Shown here: positions 63,877-64,000 of the stretch, piece after piece | How positions within the stretch are numbered: the stretch's first letter is position 1 | How the letters are laid out: the number at the start of each line of letters is the position of its first letter | NCBI RefSeq assembly: GCF_009914755.1 | Contig: NC_060926.1 | Strand: one strand, 5' to 3' | DNA: 64,000 bases | Origin: the human T2T-CHM13v2.0 reference genome, Homo sapiens | The notes under the pieces: generated by a model | Seen by the model: only the letters and a program-made list of their open reading frames with translations | The model's database searches: none | Told to the model about the DNA's origin: nothing | Made by a program: the position numbers and the translations under genes

Positions 63877-64000
63877 TAGCGGGGCGGTGGCTCACCTGTA
63901 ATCCCAGCACTTTGGGAGGCTGAGTCGAGTGGATCACGAGGTCAGGAGATTGACACCATCCTGGCCAACATGGTGAAACCCTGTCTCTACTAAAAACACA
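63877..64000 (+). mobile_element. AluSc-like left arm (cut by the window edge)
   Basis: ggtggctcacctgtaatcccagcactttgggagg...ggatcacgaggtcaggagat. Confidence 0.92.

Overview
Primate (almost certainly human) genomic DNA, AT-rich and repeat-laden, containing the 3' end of NRXN1 (neurexin-1) on the minus strand. Three coding exons can be reconstructed from the sequence. (i) An internal exon encoding MDMRWHCENSQ (59964-59996), which I recognise as the start of the short NRXN1-gamma isoform, sits just downstream of a motif-rich promoter-like region (about 60100-60400). (ii) The penultimate exon (29705/29714-29792) encodes the heparan-sulfate serine and Cys-loop and has tandem splice donors (+/-GGL, splice site 5). 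(iii) The last exon (7947-8254) encodes the TM helix, cytoplasmic tail and PDZ ligand EYYV, followed by a 3'UTR of about 3.4 kb with several candidate poly(A) signals. Joined, they give a 139/142-aa protein with no signal peptide. The rest is intron and 3' flank with Alus, L1, L2, L3/CR1, MIR, MER20, ERV LTRs and a tailless 5S rRNA retropseudogene. Main leads: the gamma start exon also has a full 3' splice site, which would make it a stop-containing cassette in alpha/beta transcripts, with a TGATG stop-start overlap, uORFs and a downstream RBFOX cluster; a candidate 107-nt cryptic exon that would give secreted NRXN1; a miR-137 8mer overlapping an AAUAAA; an L1PA with both a 5' inversion and a 3' transduction; a chimeric AluY/AluJ scar; a paired RFX X-box; and a tightly spaced inverted Alu cluster. 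I see no wholly new gene system, and the regulatory hypotheses are inferences that need expression data. Repeat boundaries and subfamilies are by eye and approximate.
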